A DNA stretch of 54,750 nucleotides from a virus (IMGVR_UViG_3300011113_000434:1-54750); one strand, 5' to 3'. Numbered from the stretch's first letter, positions 27,101 through 35,992 are shown. Made by a program: numbers and translations. Notes: generated by a model from the letters alone, not told the origin.

Positions 27101-28225
27101 ATGTATTATACCTCAATTACAGCAGGTGGTGCTGGGGCTGGATCTTTGGGAATTAGCAGTAGAGGAATTGATGGATCTGCAATTAGAAATCATAATATTA
27201 ATGATCTGGTTTATAAGTATGAACTTAATGGAGTTTCATTGACAAAGATCAATAAACTACACAGTTTCCCAACTGATGCTGCTCTAAGATCCTCAAATGA
27301 TATGGATAAGTATTATCTTCAAATTGATAGAGCAACTCGTGCAACTGGAAATACTCAATTAAGCTTTACTCAAGAAGCTCAAGTTGGTGGAAGTGACATT
27401 AAAGCATCACAGAATTTCCAATATGATGGAATTGCTCCTCAATTTAATATTATTGCACCAGGTCAATCAACATCAGTTTCTGCTCAGATGAGAACAATTT
27501 CTGGAACCAGTGCTGGTGGTTCTGAAGTTTCTTTCCAAGATCAAGGATTTGAACCAGTTCAGTTAAATGAGATTAATTTACTACCAACAACCAGAATTGT
27601 TTGCTCAAAAGTAAATGAAAATGCTAGATTAACAAATATTCCAAGAAATAAATCATTAACATTTGGAATAAGAATGCAAACATCTGATCCTAATCTTTCC
27701 CCTGTTATTGATACTGGTGAAGTTTCTGAGTTTGTATTCCGTAGAAGCAGACTCAATAAACCAGTTTCTAATTATGTTGTTGATGGTAGAGTAAATTCTG
27801 TAGATCAAGATCCACACTCAGCAATCTACATTTCGAATAAAGTTGATCTTGCTCAACCAGCAACTTCATTGAAGGCGATTGTTTCTGCATATAGAGACTC
27901 TTCTGCTGATTTCAGAGTTCTTTATAGATTATTCCATGCAGATTCAAATGGTGTAGACCCTGCTTATGAATTATTCCCAGGATATGATAACCTAATTGAT
28001 ACAAACGGTGATGGATATGGAGATGTAATTATTGATAGTAACTTAAATAGTGGAAGAGCAGATGCCTTTGTCAAGGCAAGTAGAGATAATGAATTCTTCG
28101 ATTATCAGTTCACTATAGATCAACTATCGCCATTTATTGGATATCAAATTAAGATTGTTATGAATGGCACTAATGAAGCGCGTTCACCAAGATTTAAAGA
28201 TCTAAGAACAATTGCACTTGCCTGA
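21119..28225 (+). CDS. Large virion structural protein, VrlC/DUF4815-like
   Basis: PYYDDFD..FYRVLFKPG.PVQARELT.LQS, APGADR, NRRYTMRDIG.LE.RI, DPLAQSF, GSLFKSQN..W and a DLR.IALA end. Confidence 0.88.
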   Translation: MPQKTNLNINPYYDDFDKYNNFYRVLFKPGYPVQARELTTLQSILQNQVESFGSHIFKEGSMVIPGGITYDLNYYAIKINPDHLGIDIALYIDQLVGLTLEGQTSGVTATVLGYLIPPDEGVETPTLFVKYKNSNNDAEFDTFNDKEVLITQSTITYGNTLINSGETVATVYPLNASAIGSRVNLAAGVYFIRGTFVDVQSSTVVLDPYENTPSYRVGLTILEEIVTSSDDSSLYDNAKGFSNYAAPGADRLKISAILSKKSLTDFDDKSFVELLRIDNGEVKKLQDKSQYSIIKDYFAKRTFEESGDYSIGNFKVEVTNSLNDRISSNGIYLDDQKTDSGNTPSDDLMCVKVSSGKAYVRGFDIDKVSTTVLDVEKPRDTSTVSSALVPFELGSLVRVNNVYGTPFVGINNNSSIVYLQNRRKETNTVGSGLTIGQARVYTYNLTESPYSQPSTQWDLYLFDIQTYTVITLNTSLTPQQCPQSSYIRGVSSGASGYVADSNTGATVTLLQTAGSFIAGEQILINESSEFSRSIQSVKAYNADDIKSVYQNSTSITTKLKTAFTADLVLQKSVPPGFNATDAIFIDNTGIATCAGKSFLGIRSDAIIRYQRPGIATETYSRVQYVSSDGFTMKLTGITSVANVCNGDLPIGITSTFNGPFKIGVPKIKQNDEASLYARLTSQNIASVNLGNSNILINSQLTEQSTSAAGSLVVNVSTTGISSAFFEAFDYDRYSVIYSDGTIESLRSDQVVFDLNSTQLTINGLRASQTNNVTVNTTVRKISVTNKVKQFLRSQKLDVTRTVSAATATLSGLSTSPYYGVRVEDREISLNVPDVVNVIAVYESLNQNAPILDKLSFVSGLNLDTATILGEQIVGSTSGAIAQLATKVPGVNGTQVEFVYLNDSKFQVGELATFKESNISANIQTITQGTYLDISDRYDLDKGQKEQYYDYSKLVRKLGSADPKRRLLVIYNRYDVPASDTGDVFTVNSYPSERFTSDIPFVMNGSVRSSDTLDFRPRVADFTTYLYSPFAFTSRLFGNSTSNTTPVLTPNESTLIGYSYYLPRIDKIVLNKEGDFTYLKGSSSLNPKAPLNAEEAMEIATVTLPAYLYNPKDASISLVDNRRYTMRDIGKLEDRIETLEKVTSLSLLEVDTKTLQIQDSDGLTRFKSGFFVDDFKNNDLIDKTAKADINVNNGELVVPTDRYSLKAEIALNSSLNQSTSDFSTDLALLDPNVRKTGDLITLNYQEKGWIEQPLASRVENVNPFNMVEFNGNVFLRPASDSWVRNVYVPGFTRHVTGGGDYEYIENIKIATAPEEWMRSRNVEFLAGGLKPLTTYYTFLDSVSGIDVIPKILEIQMISGVFQIGEDVEGFVGGKKIITFRATKPNHKTGQYDNPSRSYQINPYGGGTSSTQQTLPDTYSASSTALTIDTAALAAEAQGKYSGYVVKDAVLVGKTSQAQARITNVRLKSDNWGDLLGCFFLRDPLTTPPPTIRIGTGVKTFKVTSSSTNATPLPGSLLISSAETNYTSTGIVDTYRQDTVVVRRPPPPPPRRGKDPLAQSFTVDETGAFLTSVDLFFASKDESEKCYVEVRTVELGTPTNNLVQDFATQVLEPSQVAISTNATVATRVTFPSPVYLEPRKEYAIVVLAPSSNNYELWIARMGEKTVNSQFLPDAESVIVTKQYTGGSLFKSQNGTIWTANQFEDMKFKLYKANFTSNDGTAYFYNPELGSDDNNVPTLLPNSIKTLPRKLKVGITTTVGNILSNVLVPGVKVSSGTQPGPVGYIEKIGGNISGTPVITNAGIGYSSSGTFNNVPLYNILGSGSGATANIVFAGNKVSSVAIASTGSGYVVGDVLGITTSAVVKGTNARLTVSSIQGIDTLYLNNVQGETFTSGDALVYYTGDTATSLASTTIRGTTSLINELNDGRTFEVSQYNHSMHSPNNVVEIKNVEPNTVPTTLTLAASSSETTISVASTIGFNNFEGISTSQGYIKINNEIMYYTSITAGGAGAGSLGISSRGIDGSAIRNHNINDLVYKYELNGVSLTKINKLHSFPTDAALRSSNDMDKYYLQIDRATRATGNTQLSFTQEAQVGGSDIKASQNFQYDGIAPQFNIIAPGQSTSVSAQMRTISGTSAGGSEVSFQDQGFEPVQLNEINLLPTTRIVCSKVNENARLTNIPRNKSLTFGIRMQTSDPNLSPVIDTGEVSEFVFRRSRLNKPVSNYVVDGRVNSVDQDPHSAIYISNKVDLAQPATSLKAIVSAYRDSSADFRVLYRLFHADSNGVDPAYELFPGYDNLIDTNGDGYGDVIIDSNLNSGRADAFVKASRDNEFFDYQFTIDQLSPFIGYQIKIVMNGTNEARSPRFKDLRTIALA

Positions 28226-28226
28226 T

Positions 28227-28424
28227 ATGTTGAGAGTTGAAGGACATAAAAATCTTTACAGAGATGAAAACTCTGGAGCTATTCTGAACACTGATACTGT
28301 TGGTTATTCTGAATATGTCAAGCAAAGAGAATCTAGAAAAAAAGAAAGAGAAGAGATTAAAGATTTAAAAAATGAGATCAATGAGATTAAATCTCTTCTC
28401 AGAGCATTATTAGACAGACAATAG
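28227..28424 (+). CDS. Small virion-associated coiled-coil protein (65 aa)
   Basis: ATG at 28227 gives MLRVEGHKNLYRDENSGAILN followed by a heptad repeat (IKDLKNEINEIKSLL); directly follows the VrlC-like gene. Confidence 0.8.
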   Translation: MLRVEGHKNLYRDENSGAILNTDTVGYSEYVKQRESRKKEREEIKDLKNEINEIKSLLRALLDRQ

Positions 28425-28428
28425 TAAA

Positions 28429-28436
28429 TATAAATA
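28429..28436 (+). promoter_or_regulatory. T4-type late promoter
   Basis: Exact TATAAATA in an intergenic position. Confidence 0.8.
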
Positions 28437-28459
28437 AATATAGAATTTGACTGTTATAA

Positions 28460-28804
28460 ATGGCAGCAGTATATGTCAGTAATATAGTTATTAACGCTGG
28501 GACTGACTTTAGTCAAATTTTTTCGCTTGAAAATAGCACTTCTAGTTCTAATTTGAATTTATCAAATTATTCGATGAGTGCTCAAATGAGAAAACATTCT
28601 GGAAGTAGTTCTGCTGTTGTTTTTGCTGCATCTATTTTTGATCCTAATGCAGGAAACGTTAGCATATCTCTTGGATCCACGATTACATCTACATTAAAAC
28701 CAGGAAGATATGTTTATGATGTCATTATAACAGATAATGTTACAAACATAAAAACTCGTGTTGTGGAAGGTATGGCCCTCGTCAGAGAAGGAGTTACCCG
28801 ATAA
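28460..28804 (+). CDS. Putative virion structural protein (Ig-like, BppU-N-like adaptor)
   Basis: I.AG.DF, AQMRKH and LKPGRYVYDV..RVVEG...V..GVT pattern; located within the structural operon. Confidence 0.65.
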   Translation: MAAVYVSNIVINAGTDFSQIFSLENSTSSSNLNLSNYSMSAQMRKHSGSSSAVVFAASIFDPNAGNVSISLGSTITSTLKPGRYVYDVIITDNVTNIKTRVVEGMALVREGVTR

Positions 28805-29031
28805 TGGCAGACATTAGAGTTAGAGTTGGGCAACAAAATGCTATCAAGGTCGTTTCCTCTATTGCAGGAGACGTTGGAGGAAGCCTCGCAGGACTAAGTG
28901 ACGTAAATGCACCATTTCTATCTGATGGGATGGTTCTTGTATATAATGCCTCAACAAATAAATGGGATGCGACTTTAGAATTAACACCAGGACTTACACA
29001 GAATTTAGACATCAACGGAGGTAGCTTCTAA
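28804..29031 (+). CDS. Small fibre-associated protein
   Basis: TAATG coupling; L.GLSDV..DG.VLVYN....KW fibre-type motif; ends in NGGSF. Confidence 0.65.
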   Translation: MADIRVRVGQQNAIKVVSSIAGDVGGSLAGLSDVNAPFLSDGMVLVYNASTNKWDATLELTPGLTQNLDINGGSF

Positions 29032-30689
29032 TGGCAAGTATCATTAGAGTTAAAAGATCTACTGGTACTAATATCCCAGGAAGTTTGCAATGGGGCGAAT
29101 TAGCCTATGTGACTGGTATTGGTAGCTACGGTGGATTAAACCAATATAAAGATAGAGTTTTCATCGGAGACGATGGATCTAACGTTCTATCCATAGGTGG
29201 TCGTTACTATACATCTATGATGGAACATGCCCCAGGTAATTTGACTGGGGTAACAAATACCAGAAATAGTGATGGTGGTATTGTTGTAATTGTCGATTCA
29301 AATAGAAAGATTGATGAATGGAACGTTGACAACCTTAAAATGGATACAAATATTGTATCCAGTACTAATACCAATGGTGACATTATTATAGATCCCAATG
29401 GGACTGGAAACTTCATCTTTACTGGTGGAACATCTCAAAAATTTAGAATCAACGATGGAACGGTAGATCGTTTTGTTGTTGATACAATCACTGGATCAGT
29501 AGATTATAATCAAGGCACTTTAACATCAAATGCTCCTGTTGTAGAATCTTGGGCAACTTGGAACAATGCTGGAATTGCATTTACTGGCATAATTTTCAAT
29601 GCAACTAATACAGCATCTGCAAATGGATCTAGTTTACTTAGATTAATTGCCAACGGTCAAGATGTATTTTCTGTTGGTGTAAATGGAATCACCACAACTA
29701 CAGGCATTGGCACCGTTGTTTCTGGAAATGGTGGTCCTGGTAACTTCTTTGTTCAGAACTTACTCAGTGCTCAAACAACCACAACCCAAAACTTAAATAT
29801 TTTAAGCTCACTGAATCTTATTGGTATCACAACCTTTACAGGAAGAATAAACCAAACTGGATTATTCTTTAACCAAGGTGGTGCTGTAATTGATAACGTT
29901 GCAATTTCTTCAAACGTAATTTCAACTAAATCTGGCGCTGGAAACCAATTATTCATTGACCCATTCCCCGATGGATTAAGCAATGAAGGAACGGTTATCA
30001 TTAAAGGTGACCTTCAAGTTGATGGTACTACAATTACAGTTAACTCAACTAATGCAACTGTTAATGAACCAATTCTAAAACTTGGTGATGTTACAACTGA
30101 AAGAGTTGTAATGTCTCCAGCTCTTGCTGGTGTTAACACAATCAGGCTTGATTCTGTAGTTGGATTAAATGCGAATGATGTTGTAAGTGGATCAACTGCT
30201 CTATCAGCACAGGGATTATCAACTATTACTTCCGTTGATAGCACTAATAAGATTATTACAATTCAAAATAACCTAGCAGTTGGTGGAATTTCAACAACAA
30301 CTAGATTAACGATTACTACTGGATATGATACAAACACTGATCGTGGTATTGCATATAGTTATAACACTGGAGTTGGAACTGCATCTAACAAATTAGGATT
30401 TTTTGGATACGATGATAGCACTGGATATTGGACTTATGTTCCAGATGCTACAAATACTAACAGTGTAATCAGTGGTGTTAAAGGTACTCTTGATGTTGGT
30501 GCAATTTATCTTGACTGGGCGGTATCTGGAATAAATACGAGAGGATCACTTTATTTCAACTCTGCTGGTAAAATTATCAGCACAAACTCACCAGAAACTG
30601 GATACGCAACAACTTCAAATTATGTTTTAACCACTGACGCTTCAAACGTACCAGTCTGGACAAATACCCTTGACGGAGGAACTTTCTAA
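29031..30689 (+). CDS. Putative tail/neck fibre protein
   Basis: N-terminal IIRVKRS.G....L..GELAY fibre head domain, Gly/Thr/Asn-rich body, DRGI..Y..GFFGYD motif; ends in LDGGTF. Confidence 0.75.
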   Translation: MASIIRVKRSTGTNIPGSLQWGELAYVTGIGSYGGLNQYKDRVFIGDDGSNVLSIGGRYYTSMMEHAPGNLTGVTNTRNSDGGIVVIVDSNRKIDEWNVDNLKMDTNIVSSTNTNGDIIIDPNGTGNFIFTGGTSQKFRINDGTVDRFVVDTITGSVDYNQGTLTSNAPVVESWATWNNAGIAFTGIIFNATNTASANGSSLLRLIANGQDVFSVGVNGITTTTGIGTVVSGNGGPGNFFVQNLLSAQTTTTQNLNILSSLNLIGITTFTGRINQTGLFFNQGGAVIDNVAISSNVISTKSGAGNQLFIDPFPDGLSNEGTVIIKGDLQVDGTTITVNSTNATVNEPILKLGDVTTERVVMSPALAGVNTIRLDSVVGLNANDVVSGSTALSAQGLSTITSVDSTNKIITIQNNLAVGGISTTTRLTITTGYDTNTDRGIAYSYNTGVGTASNKLGFFGYDDSTGYWTYVPDATNTNSVISGVKGTLDVGAIYLDWAVSGINTRGSLYFNSAGKIISTNSPETGYATTSNYVLTTDASNVPVWTNTLDGGTF

Positions 30690-30691
30690 AA

Positions 30692-30934
30692 ATGGATAGT
30701 GAAATTGATGTGAATTTTTTAGTAAGCATTTATAATCAAAGATTAAATGTTTTAAATAGTCAAAATATTCTTCTAGAGGCTAAAATTCAATCATTGATGA
30801 AACAGTTTGAAGAAGAAAAAAATAAATTATTGATTAGAAATCTTGAGTTGCAAAGACAAATTGATATTCTAAATCCTGAAAAACCAACCGCAACAACTAA
30901 AGTCAAAAAAGGCGATTATGCTGAGGAGGGATAA
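30692..30934 (+). CDS. Small coiled-coil protein (possible fibre chaperone)
   Basis: Heptad-rich 80-aa ORF between the fibre gene and g13. Confidence 0.65.
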   Translation: MDSEIDVNFLVSIYNQRLNVLNSQNILLEAKIQSLMKQFEEEKNKLLIRNLELQRQIDILNPEKPTATTKVKKGDYAEEG

Positions 30935-31776
30935 TGGCAAAGCCAAGTACCAGGCAAGAACTTATTGATTATTGTTTAAGGAAACTTGGTGCGCCAGTCC
31001 TTGAGATTAATGTTGATGAGGATCAAATTGATGATTTGGTGGATGATGCCCTTCAATATTTTAATGAAAGGCATTTTGATGGCGTTGAAAGAATGTATCT
31101 TAAATATAAAATTACAGAGAATGATGTAAATAGAGGAAAAGCAAAGGATACTACAGGTGTTGGAATAGTCACTACAACTGCAACTTCAAATATTACTGGT
31201 TACGGTCCAACTACTTTTAATTTCTACGAAACTTCAAATTATATACAAGTTCCAGATTCTGTAATTGGAATTGAAAAGGTATTTAAGTTTGATACTAGTT
31301 CAATTTCTAGTGGAATGTTTAGTATTAAGTATCAATTGTTTTTAAACGATCTCTATTATTTTAATTCTGTTGAACTATTACAATATGCAATGGTAAAAAG
31401 TTACTTAGAAGATATAGACTTTTTACTAACGACTGACAAACAGATTAGATTTAATAAAAGACAAAATCGTCTTTACTTAGATATTGACTGGGCTGCAAAG
31501 GCAGATGATACATTTTTAGTTATTGATTGTTATCGAGCTCTTGATCCAAATGACTTTAATAAAGTTTGGAATGACTCATTCTTGAAAAAATATTTAACCG
31601 CATTAATTAAAAAACAGTGGGGTCAAAATTTAATTAAATTCCAAGGAGTTAAACTTCCTGGTGGCATTGAATTAAATGGCAGACAAATTTACGAAGATGC
31701 TCTAAGGGAACTAGAAGAAATCAAGTCTGTAATGACAACCGAATATGAACTTCCACCATACGATTTTATTGGATAA
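30934..31776 (+). CDS. g13: Neck protein gp13
   Basis: L.DYCLR.LGAPVLEINV..DQ..D, HFDG and QWGQNL.KF.G..LPGG..LNG motifs. Confidence 0.95.
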   Translation: MAKPSTRQELIDYCLRKLGAPVLEINVDEDQIDDLVDDALQYFNERHFDGVERMYLKYKITENDVNRGKAKDTTGVGIVTTTATSNITGYGPTTFNFYETSNYIQVPDSVIGIEKVFKFDTSSISSGMFSIKYQLFLNDLYYFNSVELLQYAMVKSYLEDIDFLLTTDKQIRFNKRQNRLYLDIDWAAKADDTFLVIDCYRALDPNDFNKVWNDSFLKKYLTALIKKQWGQNLIKFQGVKLPGGIELNGRQIYEDALRELEEIKSVMTTEYELPPYDFIG

Positions 31777-34700
31777 TGGCACTCAATCCCTTCTTTCTTC
31801 AAGGATCTCCAGGTGAACAACGTTTAGTTCAAGAGTTGATCAATGAGCAACTCAAGATTTATGGTGTGGAGGTAACTTATATACCAAGAAAAATCTTAGG
31901 AACCGATGATTTATTGGGATCTAATGATTTAAGAGAAGTTAATTTTTCAAAATTTGATGATAATTTTGCAATTGAAGCATATGTTCAGAACTATGAAGGA
32001 TATGGTGGTTCTGGAGATATTCTAACAAAATTTGGAATGTCTTTAAGGGATGAAGTAACTCTTGTTATTTCAAGAGAAAGATATGAAGATTTTGTTGCCC
32101 AATTTATTAGTGGACTATCAGAAGAGGAAATTATAGTTGCATCAAGACCAAGAGAAGGAGATTTAATTTATTTTCCACTAGGACAAAGATTATTTGAAGT
32201 TAAATTTGTTGAGCATGAAAATCCTTTCTATCAACTAGGAAAAAATTATGTCTACGAACTCAAGTGTGAACTATACGAATATGAAGATGAAATACTTGAT
32301 ACCAGTGTAGAAGAAATAGATACTGTTCTCAAAGATCAGGGTTATATTACAACTCTGATTGTTGCTGGTTTGGGAGAAACAGCTACTGCTTCAGCGTCAC
32401 TGAATAGTGCAAGTGGATATGTTAGAAAAATCTATTTAAATGATGATGGTACTGGTTATACTTCAACACCAACGGTTACGATAAGTCCATCACCTATTGG
32501 AGCAAATGCCAGCGCAGTTGCAATTACTACTAGCAAAGGTGGAGTTCTTTCAATATCTGAGATACTAATAATTAATGCTGGATCTGGTTATATTAGCGAA
32601 CCAACTATAACGATAACTGGAGGTGGAGGTGCGGGTGCTGCAGCTACATGTAGTATTGAAAAGAACTTTAATGGAGTACAATCACTTTCACTCGTTAATG
32701 GTGGTTCGGGATATCCCATTGTTCCATTAATTACAATCTCAGCACCAGTTTCTGTTGGAGCAGCTGCAACAGTTTCTGTTGGATCAACGGGTGCAGTTAA
32801 TGCGTTCTTTGTAACTACTCCAGGTGCAAATTATAATCCAAGTAAAACTCCAATATTAACCTTTAGTGGTCCAACTCAACCTCCAGTAGCAACTGCTACT
32901 GCAGTTGTTGGAAACTTAACTCAGGTTGGTTTGTTAACAGCATCTGACAGATATTTGAACACGGAACCAAATAATGATGCTGAATTTGGACGCAGTGTTG
33001 CCATAAGTACATCTCATTATCTTGTCGGTGCTCAAAACTTTAATCCATCAACGAGAAATGGTAGAGCATATTTAACAAATAGAAGCACAAACACTACATC
33101 AATTTTAATACCAAGTACACCAATCAATAATGGTTATTTTGGTGCGGCAGTTGGAGTTGCAGGTACTATAGTCGTTGTCGGAACCCCTGGAGGCGTTGGT
33201 GGGGCAGGTGGGGTAGTTTACCTGTATAATACCTCAGGCACTGCTGGAGCAGCAGCAGGCATCAGTACAAGTGATTATATCACGGCAGCATCTGGTTATT
33301 TAACTTCTAATAATTTGGGTCAATCAGTTGGTATTGCAGGAACAACAATTGTTGCTGGAGCACCAGCATCCACTCAACTCGCCCCATTACTAGATCAGAT
33401 AGGAGCACTTTATATTTTCCAACCAAGAGCATCAGGTCGTTATACCCAAAGTGCATTTATCAATGCTTCAGATAAGCAATCAAATGCAAACTTTGGATAT
33501 TCTGTTGGTATTGCTGGCACAACAATTGTTGTTGGAGCACCAAATCATGATAATGCAGGAATTACAACAAATTCAGGCCAAGCATATGTTTTCCAAACTA
33601 ATTCAAGTGGAGTTTGGACGCAAGTTGGCATTCTGAGTGCTAGTGATAGACAAGCAAATGGGTATTTTGGATATTCTGTTGGTATTGCTGGTTCTACGAT
33701 TGTTGTTGGAGCACCAGGACAATCTAGAGCTGGATTTGCGGTGACTGCTGGACAAGCATATGTATTCCAACCAAATGGTACTGGTACGTGGACTCAGGTT
33801 GGTATTCTTACTGCTAATGATGTATCTCAGGGAGAATATGCAGCGTTTGGTTCCTCCGTTGCTATTGATGGAAGAGTAATTGTAGTTGGTGCTTATGGTA
33901 AGAATGCAGGATCTGGAATTGGATCCACAAGCGGAAAAGTATATTCGTTCGAGTTTACTTCTGATGGAACAATTCGCCAAACTGGAGGAACATTCTCAAC
34001 AGGATCTCCAGATAATACATTACTTGGATACTCAGTTTCTATTGCAGGAACAACTATTTTAGCAGGAGCACCAACAGGAACAATTTCTGGAACTCCTGGA
34101 AATATTAACTATACAACAGGAGTTGCTTCTACAACTCTTGATTCTGCATATCTATTTGATTACACTCCAACTAAAACAATAAGTTCAATTATTGTCAATT
34201 ACGGATCAGTTGGTTATTCAACTGCACCAACGGTCACAATTTCTGCACCAAATAATGTTGGATTAGGAACTACAGTTGCTGTTGCATCTGCAATTATTGG
34301 CGTTGGTGGAGTTATTGCTGGATTTACAATTTCAAATCCAGGTACTGGATATACAGTTGCACCAACTGTTACGATTTCTCAACCAACACTTTCTGGGTTA
34401 CAAACCGCAACTGGATATGCAGTAATTGGATCTTCTGGAACTGTAACGGGATATATTTTAACAAATCCAGGGTTTGGTTATACACTAGCACCAACAGTAA
34501 GCATTGCAAATACCTTTGCTGATAAGATTGGTCTTAATACTGCCGTTGCTGTTGCTTATGTTAATTCTTCTGATCAAGTTTCTGGAATTAGAATTGTAGA
34601 TCCTGGAAATGGATATACATCTGCACCAACTGTCACAATTTCTAATCCACCAAGAATTAGTGGAATCGGAACATATGAGTTTAATGAACTTATAGTTGGA

Positions 34701-34949
34701 GAAAATTCAAGAACAACAGCAAGAGTTAAGTCTTGGGATGCAGATACTAGAACTCTAAAAGTTGGTATAAATAGTGGAACCTTTTATGAAGGAGAAGATG
34801 TTGTTGGAGCAGCATCTTCTGCGGTTTATGTTGTTTCTTCATATGATCAAACAGATATTTACGATCCTTATGAAGAAAATGATGAGATAGAAAATATTGC
34901 TGATCAAATTGTAGACTTTTCTGAATCAAATCCATTTGGAGCATATTAA
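31776..34949 (+). CDS. g14: Neck protein gp14 with long C-terminal insertions including an FG-GAP propeller
   Basis: N-terminal NPFF..EQ.L..E.LKIYG..YIPR, KFG, RPREGDLIYFP and LFE.KFVEHE.PFYQLG; C-terminal DFSESNPFG. Confidence 0.93.
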   Translation: MALNPFFLQGSPGEQRLVQELINEQLKIYGVEVTYIPRKILGTDDLLGSNDLREVNFSKFDDNFAIEAYVQNYEGYGGSGDILTKFGMSLRDEVTLVISRERYEDFVAQFISGLSEEEIIVASRPREGDLIYFPLGQRLFEVKFVEHENPFYQLGKNYVYELKCELYEYEDEILDTSVEEIDTVLKDQGYITTLIVAGLGETATASASLNSASGYVRKIYLNDDGTGYTSTPTVTISPSPIGANASAVAITTSKGGVLSISEILIINAGSGYISEPTITITGGGGAGAAATCSIEKNFNGVQSLSLVNGGSGYPIVPLITISAPVSVGAAATVSVGSTGAVNAFFVTTPGANYNPSKTPILTFSGPTQPPVATATAVVGNLTQVGLLTASDRYLNTEPNNDAEFGRSVAISTSHYLVGAQNFNPSTRNGRAYLTNRSTNTTSILIPSTPINNGYFGAAVGVAGTIVVVGTPGGVGGAGGVVYLYNTSGTAGAAAGISTSDYITAASGYLTSNNLGQSVGIAGTTIVAGAPASTQLAPLLDQIGALYIFQPRASGRYTQSAFINASDKQSNANFGYSVGIAGTTIVVGAPNHDNAGITTNSGQAYVFQTNSSGVWTQVGILSASDRQANGYFGYSVGIAGSTIVVGAPGQSRAGFAVTAGQAYVFQPNGTGTWTQVGILTANDVSQGEYAAFGSSVAIDGRVIVVGAYGKNAGSGIGSTSGKVYSFEFTSDGTIRQTGGTFSTGSPDNTLLGYSVSIAGTTILAGAPTGTISGTPGNINYTTGVASTTLDSAYLFDYTPTKTISSIIVNYGSVGYSTAPTVTISAPNNVGLGTTVAVASAIIGVGGVIAGFTISNPGTGYTVAPTVTISQPTLSGLQTATGYAVIGSSGTVTGYILTNPGFGYTLAPTVSIANTFADKIGLNTAVAVAYVNSSDQVSGIRIVDPGNGYTSAPTVTISNPPRISGIGTYEFNELIVGENSRTTARVKSWDADTRTLKVGINSGTFYEGEDVVGAASSAVYVVSSYDQTDIYDPYEENDEIENIADQIVDFSESNPFGAY
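32910..34165 (+). repeat. Seven FG-GAP-like repeats within gp14
   Basis: FGRSVAIS..LVGA, FGAAVGVAG..VVGTP, LGQSVGIAG..VAGAP, FGYSVGIAG..VVGAP (twice), FGSSVAIDG..VVGAY, LGYSVSIAG..LAGAP. A 26-nt exact repeat occurs at 33492 and 33666. Confidence 0.85.
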
Positions 34950-35992
34950 TGTTAGGGAATTATTTTTATCATCAAATCATTAGAAAAACTATAGTTTCTT
35001 TTGGAACTGTATTTAACCAAATCCACATTCATCACTATGATGATGCTGGAAACAAAACTAGTGATATGAGAGTTCCCTTGGCATATGGTCCAAGACAAAA
35101 ATTTCTTGCTAGATTAGAGCAGCAACCAGAATTAAATAAACCAATTCAAATTACATTGCCAAGAATGTCATTCGAAATGAATTCTTTGCAATATGATGCA
35201 ACTAGAAAAACGGGAGTTACACAAACATTTAAAGCAGTTTCTGGAACAAACTTAAAAAAAGTTTTTATGCCTGTTCCATATAATATTGGAATAGAATTAA
35301 ATATTCTTACAAAACTAAACGATGATGCTTTACAGATTGTGGAGCAAATTCTTCCATTTTTTCAACCAGCATTTACAATTACAGTTGATCTTGTTGAATC
35401 CATCGGTGAAAAAAGAGATATTCCAATTGTTTTAGATTCAATCAAATTTCAAGATGATTATGAGGGAGATTTCTCCACAAGAAGAGCTTTAATTTATACT
35501 TTACAATTTACTGCTAAAACATATCTCTTCGGTCCAATTGCAGATACAACCGATGGTCTGATTCGTAAGGTTCAGGTTGATCAATTTAGTTCAACTAATA
35601 GAACGAATGCTAGAAGAGAAATGAGATATACGGTAACTCCCAAAGCCCTTCAAGATTATGATGCTGATAACACAACGTTTATTACAGATCCAATTAGTGA
35701 TTTTACAGATACAATCCCAGTAAATGATTCTTCACTTCTTCAAATTGGAAATAGAATTGTTATTGATTCTGAAACAATGTTGATTACAAATATTGCTGGT
35801 AATAATATTGTTGTTCAGAGAGGATATGAAGGAACAACTGCAGCAACTCACGTTGATAACTCATTCATTAATGTTTTAACAGCGGCAGATAATCTTCTGA
35901 TTGAACCAGATGATGACTTTGGATTTAATGAAAACTTTACTTATTTCTCGGATTCTAGAACTTATAGCCCAACACGTGGTATAGATATTTAA
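34949..35992 (+). CDS. g15: Tail sheath stabiliser / tail terminator gp15
   Basis: YFYH..IRK....FG..FN, VPLAYGP.QKFLAR, LPRMSFE, PVPYN, QIVEQILP.F.P and DDYEGDF..RR motifs. Confidence 0.95.
   Translation: MLGNYFYHQIIRKTIVSFGTVFNQIHIHHYDDAGNKTSDMRVPLAYGPRQKFLARLEQQPELNKPIQITLPRMSFEMNSLQYDATRKTGVTQTFKAVSGTNLKKVFMPVPYNIGIELNILTKLNDDALQIVEQILPFFQPAFTITVDLVESIGEKRDIPIVLDSIKFQDDYEGDFSTRRALIYTLQFTAKTYLFGPIADTTDGLIRKVQVDQFSSTNRTNARREMRYTVTPKALQDYDADNTTFITDPISDFTDTIPVNDSSLLQIGNRIVIDSETMLITNIAGNNIVVQRGYEGTTAATHVDNSFINVLTAADNLLIEPDDDFGFNENFTYFSDSRTYSPTRGIDI

Noticed and set aside
33492-33691. 26-nt direct repeats as a CRISPR-like array
   Set aside because: Only two copies 174 nt apart, in-frame within FG-GAP blades; no cas genes.
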